Source of the DNA: the human T2T-CHM13v2.0 reference genome, Homo sapiens
Strand: one strand, 5' to 3'
Assembly: GCF_009914755.1 (NCBI RefSeq)
Contig: NC_060929.1
DNA length: 64,000 bases
Shown here: in pieces, positions 27,546-44,235 of the stretch
How positions within the stretch are numbered: the stretch's first letter is position 1
Layout: every line of letters begins with the position of its first letter
Program-made: the position numbers and the translations under genes
The notes under the pieces: model-generated
What the model was told of the DNA's origin: nothing
Databases searched by the model: none
What the model saw: the letters and a program-made list of their open reading frames with translations, nothing else

Positions 27546-29399
27546 ATTTAAACATTTCGTTGTACATCCTTGCACCTTTTAACTATAAATGGTCAGGTAT
27601 AGCAATGCTGGCTTGAGAAAGGCATTTATTACTCTGACATCCGTACATTAGTAGGCAGGTATGAAAGTGGCTTATGTATATAAATAGGTTACTGTTATTT
27701 TCTTCTGAAGTTTAAGTTGTCTATCTTCAGTTTGCAGGGTTTTAAAAAAGCACAACTTAGTTTTTGGTGACTCCAAATTAGGAAAAATGAAAAGGAGAAG
27801 GAAAAAAATTGAAAGCATTATTTTAAGGCTTGTAGCCAAGAAAAATTAGAATTCAGTCCAAACTGTAGAAAATAATAAAAATTGTAAAAAAAACATTAGG
27901 AAAGACTAGAATCTAACAGCAGGTATACAATCATTTTGAAATTTTTTTTCTCTCTCCATTTTCCATTTTACTAAAGATAAATAATGGTAGAACTGGTTTG
28001 CTTATTATACTTGGCCTAAATATTTGTATACATTGCAGCAAGAATAATTATTTTTTTTACATAGGCTTTTAAATTGGCTCTGATGGAACTTTGTTCAATA
28101 AGAGAAATCTCAGATAAGACATTTTAAAGCCCAGCCCAGCCATGGATTGTGCCTTCAAATACCCATGAGTTGGGTGAAATTTCCTCTCCTCTTTAGGTTT
28201 CAAGACAAACCTGGGGCTTCTGCACCTGTTAGAAAGTGACATTATTTACTTGCCACAGGTCAGAAACCTTGTACAGGAACTGTGTACACAAAATATGAGG
28301 CCAGTTTATCCAAGGGCTTTATTGGCTCCATAAGTCAAGTTTGATTCCTTAAGGGAAAGCACAGCATTCCAGTAAAAGTCTTGGTAAAATAACCAGTTTC
28401 TCCAATTGTGACCTGTTACAAATGAAAACAGATCCTTATTGCACTTATGCAAATAACTGTATTGCCATAAGTTAAGAATACTAACAAGCAGTTTCCAATT
28501 CTGGAGAAATCAGGTAGAGAGAAACAAATGTGCTCCAAATTTTGTTCATAGAAATATACTAAATTGTTAAAAGCTGTCAATAGCTCAGAAGAAAAGTTTT
28601 AAGACTCTGAAAAACAAAGCAAAGGATCAGCAAACATATTAAGCAAAACGTCAAAAAGATTGGTTCAGTCCATGCAGTTAATTCCTGTTCTGCTTGATAC
28701 TCATGAACATTTTCACTTTCTACAAGTCCTGAAAGTTTGTTCTCTATTTTGATGTCACAGTCTCCAAAGCTATCAGAAACCTGCATTCAAGAACACCTGT
28801 TGGAGATTCATAGCTGATTATAAAATCACTTTCTAAAGAGAACCAAAACAAGGCAACAATTGTCCATGGATGAAAAAACTTTAAGGCAGCTATAGTTAAA
28901 AGACACAATTGACAAGGAAAATTTGTTACTTCTGTGGCACACAATAATTTTAACATAACAATTATGATTACTACTGATAATGTACACTAAGTTATATCAG
29001 AATTACAGGTGTTTCCCATAATCTTGCTACACATATCAATAACATATTTATACAAATACAGCCCAGAGAAAACCAAACACCATTTCATATTTGACAATGC
29101 TTTCTGTATAACTTTTATACCAAGTAAGAAAAATTCTGTGATTTTTGGATTTCAGGGAACCTAGTGTCTTAAAGGATTAAGTTGGAAAAAGACACAATTC
29201 ATAATTTGATTTTGGTAAGTTTGTCAAATATAAAAGTTTTAAAATGCTTGATATTACAAAATACGATTAAAGGTCATTGTAAAGTCATTTATTTATCCAA
29301 AACGATAATTCAAGGATTTCAAAAAAAGTGAAAACTTTCATTCTTTGAGAGAGGAGACTTAAATTTTCTAAACAAGAAGCCCTAATAAAAACAGCATGA

Positions 29400-30306
29400 G
29401 AGGGGAGGAGCCAAGATGGCCGAATAGGAACAGCTCCGGTCTACAGCTCCCAGCGTGAGCGACGCAGAAGACGGGTGATTTCTGCATTTCCATCTGAGGT
29501 ACTGGGTTTCTCTCACTAGGGAGTGCCAGACAGTGGGCGCAGGTCAGTGGGTGCGCGCACCGTGCGCGAGCCGAAGCAGGGCGAGGCATTGCCTCACCTG
29601 GGAAGCGCGAGGGGTCAGGGAGTTCCCTTTCCGAGTCAAAGAAAGGGGTGACCGACGCACCTGGAAAATCGGGTCACTCCCACCCGAATATTGCGCTTTT
29701 CAGACCGGCTTAAAAAGTGGCGAACCATGAGATTATATCCCACACCTGTCTCGGAGGGTCCTACGCCCACGGAATCTCGCTGATTGCTAGCACAGCAGTC
29801 TGAGATCAAACTGCAAGGCGGCAGCGAGGCTGGGGGAGGGGCGTCCGCCATTGCCCAGGCTTGCTTAGGTAAACAAAGCAGCCAGGAAGCTTGAACTGGG
29901 TGGAGCCTACAACAGCTCAAGGAGGCCTGCCTGCCTCTGTAGGCTCCACCTCTGGGGGCAGGGCACAGACAAACAAAAAGACAGCAGTAACCTCTGCAGA
30001 CTTAAGTGTCCCTGTCTGACAGCTTTGAAGAGAGCAGTGGTTCTCCCAGCACGCAGCTGGAGATCTGAGAACGGGCAGACTGCCTCCTCAAGTGGGTCCC
30101 TGACCCCTGACCCCCGAGCAGCCTAACTGGGAGGCACCCCCCAGCAGGGGCACACTGACACCTCACACTGCAGGGTATTCCAACAGACCTGCAGCTGAGG
30201 GTCCTGTCTGTTAGAAGGAAAACTAACAAACAGAAAGGACATCCACACCGAAAACCCATCTGTACATCACCATCATCAAAGACCAAAAGTAGATAAAACC
30301 ACAAAG
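29400..30306 (+). promoter_or_regulatory. L1 5'UTR internal sense and antisense promoter (CpG-rich)
   Basis: YY1 site CAAGATGGCCG 29412-29422; RUNX3-type site tgcatttccatctgaggta 29483-29501; SOX-type AAACAAA at 29871 and 29971; many CpGs retained. Confidence 0.85.
29636..29851 (-). CDS. ORF0: L1 ORF0, intact 71 aa (MADAPPPASLPPCSLISDCC...RCVGHPFL)
   Basis: ATG at 29851-29849; 216 nt including stop; matches primate L1 ORF0 as recalled. Confidence 0.85.
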   Translation of the reverse strand: MADAPPPASLPPCSLISDCCASNQRDSVGVGPSETGVGYNLMVRHFLSRSEKRNIRVGVTRFSRCVGHPFL

Positions 30307-31323
30307 ATGGGGAAAAAACAGAACAGAAAAACTGGAAACTCTAAAATGCAGAGCGCCTCTCCTCCTCCAAAGGAATGCAGTTCCTCACCAGCAACGGATC
30401 AAAGCTGGATGGAGAATGACTTTGACGAGCTGAGAGAAGAAGGCTTCAGACGATCAAATTACTCTGAGCTACGGGAGGACATTCAAACCAAAGGCAAAGA
30501 AGTTGAAAACTTTGAAAAAAATTTAGAAGAATGTATAACTAGAATAACCAATACAGAGAAGTGCTTAAAGGAGCTGATGGAGCTGAAAACCAAGGCTCGA
30601 GAACTACGTGAAGAATGCAGAAGCCTCAGGAGCCGATGCGATCAACTGGAAGAAAGGGTATCAGCAATGGAAGATGAAATGAATGCAATGAAGTGAGAAG
30701 GGAAGGTTAGAGAAAAAAGAATAAAAAGAAATGAGCAAAGCCTCCAAGAAATATGGGACTATGTGAAAAGAACAAATCTACGTCTGATTGGTGTACCTGA
30801 AAGTGATGGGGAGAATGGAACCAAGTTGGAAAACACTCTGCAGGATATTATCCAGGAGAACTTCCCCAATCTAGCAAGGCAGGCCAACGTTCAGATTCAG
30901 GAAATACAGAGAACGCCACAAAGATACTCCTCAAGAAGAGCAACTCCAAGACACATAATTGTCAGATTCACCAAAGTTGAAATGAAGGAAAAAATGTTAA
31001 GGGCAGCCAGAGAGAAAGGTCGGGTTACCCTCAAAGGGAAGCCCATCAGACTAACAGCGGATCTCTCGGCAGAAACCCTACAAGCCAGAAGAGAGTGGGG
31101 GCCAATATTCAACATTCTTAAAGAAAAGAATTTTCAACCCAGAATTTCATATCCAGCCAAACTAAGCTTCATAAGTGAAGGAGAAATAAAATACTTCACA
31201 GACAAGCAAATGCTGAGAGATTTTGTCACCACTAGGCCTGCCCTAAAAGAGCTCCTGAAGGAAGTGCTAAACATGGAAAGGAACAACCGGTACCAGCCAC
31301 TGCAAAATCATGCCAAAATGTAA
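30307..31323 (+). pseudogene. L1 ORF1: L1 ORF1p disrupted by a single in-frame stop (R130*)
   Basis: aagTGAgaag at 30694-30696 versus consensus aagCGAgaag; the frame continues to the normal stop at 31323 with REKG, ARR and YPAKLS intact. Confidence 0.95.
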
Positions 31324-31359
31324 AGACCATCGAGACTAGGAAGAAACTGCATCAACTAA

Positions 31360-35214
<3,855 letters not shown>

Positions 35215-35416
35215 ACAATGAGATCACATGGACACAGGAAGGGGAATATCACACTCTGGGGACTGTGGTGGGGTGGGGGGAGGGGGGAGGGATAGCATTG
35301 GGAGATATACCTAATGCTAGATGACGAGTTAGTGGGTGCAGCGCACCAGCATGGCACATGTATACATATGTAACTAACCTGCACAATGTGCACATGTACC
35401 CTAAAACTTAAAGTAT

Positions 35417-35422
35417 AATAAA
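35417..35422 (+). terminator. L1 polyadenylation signal AATAAA followed by an (A5-6C)n tail
   Basis: aagtatAATAAAaaaaaacaaaaac... Confidence 0.85.
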
Positions 35423-37631
35423 AAAAAACAAAAACAAAAAACAAAAACAAAAACAAAAACAAAAACAGCATGAAGCCAATTACATTTGTTTTTCAAACTT
35501 TTATAAACAATCTATTAATCTTGATTACAAAATATAACTTCCATAAGCCTTTTATAACCTTTATAACCTTTATTAAGGAGTTGGTTAATGCTTCATGAAA
35601 ACCTTGTTAGTATGATACACGGGTCCATATACTGGTTTTGCATCAGTGTGCCTTTGACATTAATAATTAATTTATGGAGGAATTGAACTTATTTTATCTT
35701 TTAAAATCCACCCTTAAAATCTTACATGCCTACCTCTTCCACGTAGTCCCTGGGCCTTGAGGAGGTGGATAGCTTTAATTTCTTGCCCTGTGTCTCAAGA
35801 ATGCAGTTTATTTTGATTGGCATCTTCTAGGGGGCCTGAAGATGAGAATTTAATTGCTATCAGTGTTTAAGATTTAGCAGAACTTGGTGTCCTTTTTAGA
35901 CCCAAGAATCAAAAGCCCTGGAACTCAATGTTACAAAGACTCTAAAAACGTATACAGGAAGATGCATAAATGTAATAACCTTAACTTTAAAAAAAATCTC
36001 AGTTTTTTTTCCTAAGCAAAACAAAACTTAATAATAATAGGACAATTATAAAAGTTTTTTTCACATATGTATAAATCCTCTTATTGTGACTTACACTGAC
36101 TGTTCATGACACGGTGGGGCTTTCTGATTTGTTCTGAATATCCATCCTTTTTAAACAACCATTATTTTATTTTAGGACTAAATTTACCATACAAGATTCT
36201 TTCTTATACAAAATTATTTTTTCTTTAAGCTTTTATACCTCAAAAAAATACCTCTTTATTTTTATAACTTTCTTCGCATTTTTTTTCCTGGTTCCTTTTA
36301 CCTTGTTTTATACATAACCCTTAAATGAGCTTTTAATCAGACAAAATTTGTTCACCTTTTTTTTTTTTTTTTGGAAAAAAAAACATACATTTTCATTTTC
36401 TTTTATTTAGCAAGAATGTTTTCCTACAATATATATTTATTAGAAAACACCCAAACACCCAAATAATGGAATATTATTATTTAATTTAATGTAACTTTAT
36501 ATTCTAAATTATAACCAGTTTGTCTACAAGTATTTATCCCATTATATTTGCCTAATTATTTTATTTTAATTATTTACCTAGATTATTTATGAAAACTGTG
36601 ATAGTTATAATTTGAAGTTCTGAAATCACCATTGCAAAATTATAACAAAGACAATGAAAAAAAGATTTGACATAACTGGCTCCATCGTGCTCATAACCTC
36701 CAAGCCATCCTTGTTCACGCCTGGGCATAGACGGAACTAACTTTGGGAGGAACTTAGTTTATTATTTAGCTTTGAACAAAAGGTGACAACATTCCTTTCC
36801 CAAAACTAATTTCATTATTGTCTGTGGACTAGACTGCCTAAAGCAGTCTATTAGACGTTATGGATTAGAAGTTATGGTAATCTTACTAAATTCAAGATGC
36901 AGCTATTTTCATTAAAGCCATATCAATGTTTTATTTATTAAAAATGACATAAGCAAAGATCATTTTGATTTGGGCTGGGTTCATAGTTTTCTAACCCCTG
37001 TGCCAAATTTTGAGACTTTATAGTATTTGGCAGGGATGAGTATGAAATTGCTTGATTAATAAATGCAAACAGAAATGTATGCTGGAAATTCTTAAAACAT
37101 TTGTAATATTACTTTAGCAATAATTTTAAAGCTAGCTTACTTATTAAAGATTTTACTTAAGTTACATAAACTTGACGTTGCCTTTGACTAGTCTTTTTTA
37201 GTATCTAATTTACTGATTTTATTTTTCTTTAAGCCAATTAATTAGAACTCTTTTACATATTTTTAGTAGTGAAACATTCTGTACACAACACATAAATACA
37301 TACACAAATTTATTAGGCCTGCCAATGGAAGTACATTTTATAGATTCATAAAGAACCCCTCCCACTTTTTTTCTTCTATCTTAGACTTTCAGATACTTGA
37401 TAGCCTGTTTTACAACTCTAGGCAGTTGTCAGCTAAATAGCCTTAAATTTGCATATTAAAAGAAACACTCCGATGAAAATCAAATAGCAAAATTTACGTC
37501 ATAAAGGTATAGAGAGAAAAAGTTTGGTGGTGCTAGAGGGAGACATTTTTACAGTGCACTGACTTTTTTTTTTCTTAAGGACATAGATTCTGAGTGTATA
37601 AACTATATTCTTCCTTAAAAATCCAAGAATA

Positions 37632-37986
<355 letters not shown>

Positions 37987-38501
37987 TCAGGTGGAAACAG
38001 AATTCAGTCAACTGAGAGAGAAAAAAAAACCTTGGCTCAAAAAACAAGGTCTTAGGAGAGAAAAACAAACAAAAAACAAAAACATGAAGGCTTTTAAAAT
38101 ACAAAGATGCACACATGCACACACACATCTTGGATGTTAGCCTTTTCATTAAGCTGACTTTTAACTATTGAGCTCCTTTAACAAAAAAAAATTAGTTTTT
38201 TAAACTTGCTATCATATTTCAGCTAGGACGAAATGCTGCTAAACTAACAATAATCACACAAATTATACGATTTTTGTACACTCTAAGTGTAAGCAGAAAT
38301 TACACCAGCTGGTTGTTCATGCTAACTTGAGTCGTTTAGAAATAATTTGCAAGACAGAATCCCAAACTAGTTTCTTGCCTAGTAATGGGTCTCAGGCTGT
38401 ATACTGCTCTCTACCATCCTATAAGCAGGAAAAAACAAACAAAACAGAAAACTCATCTTCCCTGTTGGAAGCGAGCTCAAACTCCATCGAGTTACCTGCC
38501 G

Positions 38502-38773
38502 GGCCGGGAGCGGTGGCTCATGCCTGTAATCCCAGCACTTTGGGATGCTGAGGCGGGCGGATTACGAGGTCAGTAGGTCGAGACCATCCTGGCTAACACG
38601 GTGAAATCCCGTCTCTACTAAAAATACAAAAAATTAGCTGGGCGCGGTGGCGGGCGCCTGTAGTCCCAGCTACTCTGGAGGCTGAGGCAGGAAAATGGCG
38701 TGAACGGGGGGCGGAGCTTGCAGTGAGCCCAGATGGCGACAGAGCGAGACTCCGTCTCAAAAAAAAAAAAAAA
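38502..38773 (+). mobile_element. AluY with a ~22-bp deletion in the right arm
   Basis: TSD agttacctgcc (38490-38500 and 38773-38783); agat|ggcgac junction at 38734/38735 lacks cgcgccactgcactccagcctg. Confidence 0.93.
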
Positions 38774-39077
38774 GTTACCTGCCTTCCATCATCATGGAAG
38801 CAGGAAAACTTGCCTTCCCGTCAGAAGCAAGTAAAGCTCCAAAACAAAAACAAAAACAAAAACAAAAACAAAAAAAAGTTCTATAGCAAAATAAACTTTA
38901 GATCTCGACCAAATTTTGGGAGATCAGGCATTCTCTGGAGGGGATGCCCTCATTCCTCAGCAAATTGTCCTATTTGTTTGAGCCATGAAGTTAGCTCATG
39001 CTGGTACCAAGCACTGAAAAGAGATTTGTCAAAGGTCAGAGGCATCTCCGCTCAGAATCCCCCCGTGGTTACCAAAA

Positions 39078-39483
39078 CGTGAACCCCCAAAATTTGAGAC
39101 AGGTCTCAGTTAATTTAGAAAGTTTATTTTGCCAAGGTTGAGGACACACCCTTGACACAGCCTCAGAAAGTCCTGACCACATGCTTGGTTTTACACATTT
39201 TAGGGAGGTATGAAACATCAATCAATATGTAAGGAGTACATTACCTCTGTCCAGAAAGGCAGAGACAGCTCAAAGCAAGGTCCCGACACAGGGGCTTCCA
39301 GGTCATATATAGGTGAGAGACAGATGGTTGTATTCTTTTGAGTTTCTGATAAGTCTTTCCAAAGAAGGCAATCAGAATATGCATCCACCTCTGTGAGCAA
39401 AGGGATGGCTTGAATAGAATGGGATGCAGATTTGGCCTGAGTGGTTCCCAGCTTGAAAGGACCCAAGACATTTTCCTTTCTCA
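39078..39483 (-). mobile_element. MER4A1-like LTR (5' LTR of the minus-strand MER4 provirus)
   Basis: Minus strand TGAGAAAGGAAAATGTCTTGGG...CAAGCTGGGAAC...AAATAAACTTTCTAAATTAACTGAGACCTGTCTCAAATTTTGGGGGTTCAC. Confidence 0.88.
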
Positions 39484-40637
39484 TTACCAAGGGCTCAGAA
39501 ATATCAGGAATGAAGTTTGGAGTTGCATCACCAGAGAATGCACTGCGACAAAGTGATGACCAGTGTTGAGGAGGGTATTAGAATAGTGTTTGGTAAATGT
39601 GAAAAAGGAGAAGGCCAAGTTGTAGCTTTAAAATGAACTGCTGCATCCAGGGTGTGGTTCCTTACTACTCCCTCTCTTCTAAGATTCCCCACAAGTAGAC
39701 AGTTTAATAGGGATTATGTGGAGTTTATCCACAAACCTGCATGGAGAAGCAGATTTCTCAGCTATGAGGGATGGACCTGTGGTGGCCATAAAATGTACTG
39801 CTCAGATTTCCTACTGAATAGTCTGACATCAACTGCTGCCACCTCTCTGAATTCACTTAGTCCACAGCGCTCGTGGGTTGCTTCCATTCAGTGACTGAAA
39901 ACAGAGAGGATATCAAGGCAAGGTACTTCTGTCATGCGCGTCCGTGTGAAGAGACCACCAACAGGCTTTGTGTGAACAACAAGACTGTTTATTCACTTGG
40001 GTGCAAATGGGCTGAGTCTGAGACAGGAGTCAGCAAAGGGAGATAGGGATGGGGCAGTTTTATAGGACTGGGGCAGGCAGTGGAAAGTTACAGTTAAAGG
40101 TGGTTATCTATTGTCAGCTGAGGAGGGATCACAAGGTGAATGGTGAGGAGATCATAAGACTCATTGTCCAAAAGAGGAATGTCACGAGGTCAATCGATCG
40201 ATCAGTTGGGGCAGGGCAGGAACAAGTCATAATGGAATGTCTTAAGGTTGGTCAATCAGTTGAGACAGGAGCTGGCACTTCCACTTCTTTTATACTTTTC
40301 GGTTGCCTCAGGCCATCAGGATGTATATGTGCAGGCTTGGGCTAAGAGGCCTGATAACTTCATGTAGCATGCGGCACTCCTCAAATGGCAATACTGGCTT
40401 GAGGACTCCCAGTGGACTGGCCCAAAACACCCTCAGAACTGCTTTGCAGGTTAAGAACCTTTCACCCCAGTGTCATTACTTCCCTCTTGCCTACACAGGA
40501 GTCACACCTGCATAATGGTCTGAATATTGTGTCTACTTTTGCATCTTATGCATTATTCCCGGTGCTTGTTTTACTCAATAAATCTCTTGCAGGTCTAATC
40601 CTGGCTTAATCTCTGCTTCTCTGAATTCCCAAAGACA
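39484..40637 (+). mobile_element. HERV16-like internal 3' end with PPT, plus LTR16-like 3' LTR (from 39778) split by LTR7C
   Basis: caggaatgaagtttggagttgcatcaccag (ERVL 3' internal); purine tract gagggatggacc directly before tgtggtggcc; ends ctcaataaatctcttgc...aaagaca. Confidence 0.6.
39930..40356 (-). mobile_element. Solo LTR7 (LTR7C-like, HERV-H family)
   Basis: tgtcatgcgcgtccgtgtgaagagaccaccaaacaggctttg...gcaggcttgggctaagaggcctgata; perfect 5-bp TSD acttc (39925-39929 and 40357-40361). Confidence 0.92.
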
Positions 40638-40724
40638 AACTTTCTATGGCTCTTCATACAGATTTTTTACAATTCATGTAACTTTTTTCCCCTCCGTTTT
40701 TTTCTTCTCTTCCCTCTTTTTAAA

Positions 40725-40870
40725 AAATTTGCATAAATTTAAGGGGTACAAGTGCAGTTTTGTTACACAAATATATTGTGTCTTGGTGGAGTCTGGGATT
40801 TCAGTGTACCATCATGCAAATAATGTACATTCCCCCCTTTATGTAACTGTTCATCCCTTACCTCCTTCCT
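40725..40870 (-). mobile_element. L1PB/L1MA-like 3'-end fragment
   Basis: ggggtacaagtgcagttttgttaca...ggtggagtctgggatttcagtgtaccatca. Confidence 0.6.
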
Positions 40871-41666
40871 CTTTTACAGTTCTTTCTCTTCCTTCTCTCC
40901 TTCTTAATATCTTTTATGGCTTTGTTTGTGTGAGATGGAAATTGAGAGGTAAAACTGAGTAAACTCATGCAAACACCAATCAAATGCATTTTTATGGTAA
41001 TCAATGAAGAACTAATTTGTGAGAAATAATGATTACTGTAAACCAATGTCATTAATCACAATGCAAAGGTTTTTTTTGTGAAGTGAACATTTGATTCTGT
41101 ATTTCTCACTTGCAGATTCTTAATTTACTTCCCAATTAACTTACGGAGTTTTTCAATTTTTACCAGCAACAACAATATAAAATTACCCCTAACAAATATT
41201 CCTGACAGCAATATGCAAGAAAAATGCTTTGCCTGATAAGTCTAAAACGTATTTAAAAGATTGCAATCTTTACTTCTGTGCTTTATGTTAAATGCCAACT
41301 GTGTTTGACCATTTACTCAAACTAAAATTACTAGTAAATTAATGTGATAAGATAAAACTCACAGTTTCATTTTTAAAGATGAGCTAAGGGAGATTCAGGC
41401 AGTCACTGAACCAAGCTGTATTTTTATTTCTTGTTTCATGCATTGAGAGCTGTTTCATATGAAGACAAATTCAATCTATCATTCTTATTATTTGTTATTT
41501 TTTCTCATTATGCAAACATATAACAATGTTCAGAAAGGGCTAATTTCTACTTCATGCACCTTGAAAAAAAGACAGTATGAAGTGATAAAGCACTAAACCT
41601 TTAAGAATTGCCTCAGTTCACTAATGGTGAGATTTTGATATATTCATCTAGTTAAGGCATATTGAT

Positions 41667-42230
41667 TGTGTATCTCTAGCCGAGTCCAAAGCTCGTACTA
41701 CTTGCCACACAATAGCCAATAAGGTGTTAGACCAAGGAAAGCAACTTTGTGTTGAAGAGGAGCAAGCCAAGAAATGGAAGACTAGTGTCCTGAAGAGTCA
41801 TCTTAAAAGGCCTAAATCTCATGCTTCTTTTTATATTGGGAAGGGAGAACAATGAGGAGGATGAGTTGAAGAGGGAACAGGTGACCAGATATTTGTGCAT
41901 CAGCAGGTGTCTGAGGGGGGTCGCATAATTTCTTTGGCCTTGGTCAGGTCACGATGCTTCTATAAATCTGTAACATTATATTGTTACTTTTGTGTACCAT
42001 CTCCTTATTTCCTCAGCAGTTAGTTTAGGGAAGGGACTATTATCATTTGTTTTAAAGTTAAACTATAAAGTAAAACTATAGTTAGACTATAAACTAAAAC
42101 TATAGTTAAACTATAAACTAAACTCCTCCCATAGGAATTTAGTTTGTTCACCATGCAGGAAGGAGCAAAGGCAGTTATCTTGTGACATCAGAAGCAAGAT
42201 GAAGTCAGCTATGTTAGAGTTCTACGTTAT
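41667..42230 (-). mobile_element. MER4-group ERV1 LTR (LTR8/LTR24-like; uncertain) with an internal 24-bp tandem repeat
   Basis: ttagtttagggaagggactattatcat...aaagttaaactataaa...agaagcaagatgaagtcagctatgttaga; unit agttaaactataaagtaaaactat x~2.8 at 42056-42122. Confidence 0.55.
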
Positions 42231-42239
42231 GTATCTACA

Positions 42240-42400
42240 TTATGCCAGGCACTGTGCTAGACAATGAAAATGTGATAAATACAATGCATTGTGCAGCTTC
42301 CTCTTGGAGCTTGTAGATTATGAAAAGGAAATAGACATAAAAATACCAAGCCAGTTATTATAGAATGGAAAGTATAGGGAGTTATGTCTTGGGCACCTAA
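42240..42400 (-). mobile_element. L2 3' fragment
   Basis: tatgccaggcactgtgctagac...cctcttggagcttgtagatta. Confidence 0.5.
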
Positions 42401-43329
42401 TTGAGGATAAGAACCAGCGAATTTAATGTATTCAAGTATAATAGGATGCCTGGCAAGATAAGCAATTTGTTCTTTTATTTATTGCTAGAAAAATCACTAA
42501 AGTTTTTGTGCATAGTGGAAAATGCAAAGTGTCCTTCAATAATTTTTCTTCTTCAGACTTCCTTTTACGTCACGGTTTCTTCTCAGTGTCAATGCAATTA
42601 GGAGTCTTTTTGCCTGAGGGAAAGATACAAAAGACTCGCAGTCTGATAAGGCTGCTGCTTCAGAGACCCTTTGCTTTATAAAGTGGTTGCAATGGCAAGA
42701 ATGCATAGTATTGCATAGTGTTAAAGAGGCTGGGGTCAGGGGGTGGGAGCTGGTGTTTTTATAAATCATGACCCTCACATCTTCTATTTTTAGTGGAAAC
42801 TTTATTAAAATATCTCAAATGAACGTAGATTGTTCAGAACGATATCCACTTGCATTAAAGGCTCCAAGGACCTGAGAGAGGTTCTCAAAAGGAAGAAAGG
42901 GAACATCTTTTTGTGAGATCCAGAAATATCTCTACAGTCTGTAGTTTTATCTAGAATATCAGTAAATGGTTAAGCTTTGGAGTCCTTGCAGCACCAGCTA
43001 CCCAGGCATAGTGATAATACTCCTGAATAGTGGCTGAATGTGGATGTGTACAAGAGTTCTAATCTCTGAACACAAGTGTGTTCAATTATGAGACTCTAGA
43101 GCTTCTCTCTAGGTATGTGGCTCATGGGAAGAATCATCTAAATAGAGAACAAGATTCATTACAGTGTGTTGGAGCTTTTTTCAATAGTGGTATGTTGCCC
43201 CACAATAGAGCTAAGTACTACTAATAGAAAATAAATCTAATTTACCAGATATTTTTCTGTCAGGAATTTTCAAGCAGGACTAGTTCCTTCAGCCTTACAG
43301 TCCAGTTGCTGGAAATCTGTTCAGAGGTT

Positions 43330-43595
43330 TAGGGTAGAAACCACAAAACCACCAAATTCTTTCTTCTCATTTTTATCATGTAGCTAGACCATATTTGCCA
43401 GCCACCTTGACATTCAGTGTGGCCCTGTGGCCAAGTTCTCTCAAATACAATGTGTGCAACTAACACCTCTTTCACTTCCACTTTGGGCATGTAAAACCGT
43501 CCCATGTTTTTCTTCAAAGCCTTTTTACTTCAACTATCCATCTCTAGACAGTGAGGTCCTGGATGATGACAGAGCCATAGATGGAAAAGACACCA
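43330..43595 (+). mobile_element. Old MLT1 (I/J-like) fragment
   Basis: tagctagaccatatttgccagccacctt...tgtggccctgtggccaagttct...gacagagccatagatggaa. Confidence 0.5.
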
Positions 43596-43659
43596 TTATT
43601 CTGGTCTATAAAGAACTGGTGGGTTCTTTGGAGGAAAAACAATGCTGTCATGAGCTGTG

Positions 43660-44235
43660 CAAAATCAGAGATCACCGGGTCCATGCGTGTTTGTGTCTTT
43701 CCACAATGCCAGGCTTTGATTGATGCAATTTCAATCACGAAAGCCACGAGCCACATGAGGTTCCCAAGGAGGCAGTTCTTCTTAGTACTTCCCATTCACT
43801 CAGTAGGCAGAGCTGCATTCACACAGGGTCAAGCCACGCCACAAGTCAGTCCGTATGGCAAACCATACATAATAGTATACTTAATACATACATGTTATAA
43901 AGCAAACATTCCACTACAAACAAGGTAACATTTAATATCAAAGGGAAAAAGAGATAGGAGAAAAGATTAATAAACCAGCTCTGGAGGAGCAAAGAAGATA
44001 AAAGGAGTGATGGTCTGGGCCGGAGGGTCTATAGGTCTTACAAGGAAGGGCCTTTGATGTGGCAGAGTCTTCGGGAGTAAAAGCCAAGTTCTTATCCCGA
44101 GTGCCTGCAAGATGGTGTTAAGATGGTCATTTTGAGCTGCTGAAGGCCTGATCTTTACAGTCATAAAGTCCCCTGGTGAGAACTAAGAGTGGAAAGTTAT
44201 GCTTGTTTGTGTCCCTATCTGGTTTGATGCATATA
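43660..44235. mobile_element. Probable unclassified LTR-type repeat
   Basis: GC-richer island within AT-rich flanks with LTR-like composition; I cannot assign the family. Confidence 0.3.

Noticed and set aside
30763-31323. 186-aa ORF as a separate gene
   Set aside because: It is the in-frame C-terminal part of L1 ORF1 downstream of the R130 stop and starts at GTG.
35266-35291. G-quadruplex-forming G tract
   Set aside because: Standard feature of the L1PA 3'UTR and not specific to this locus.
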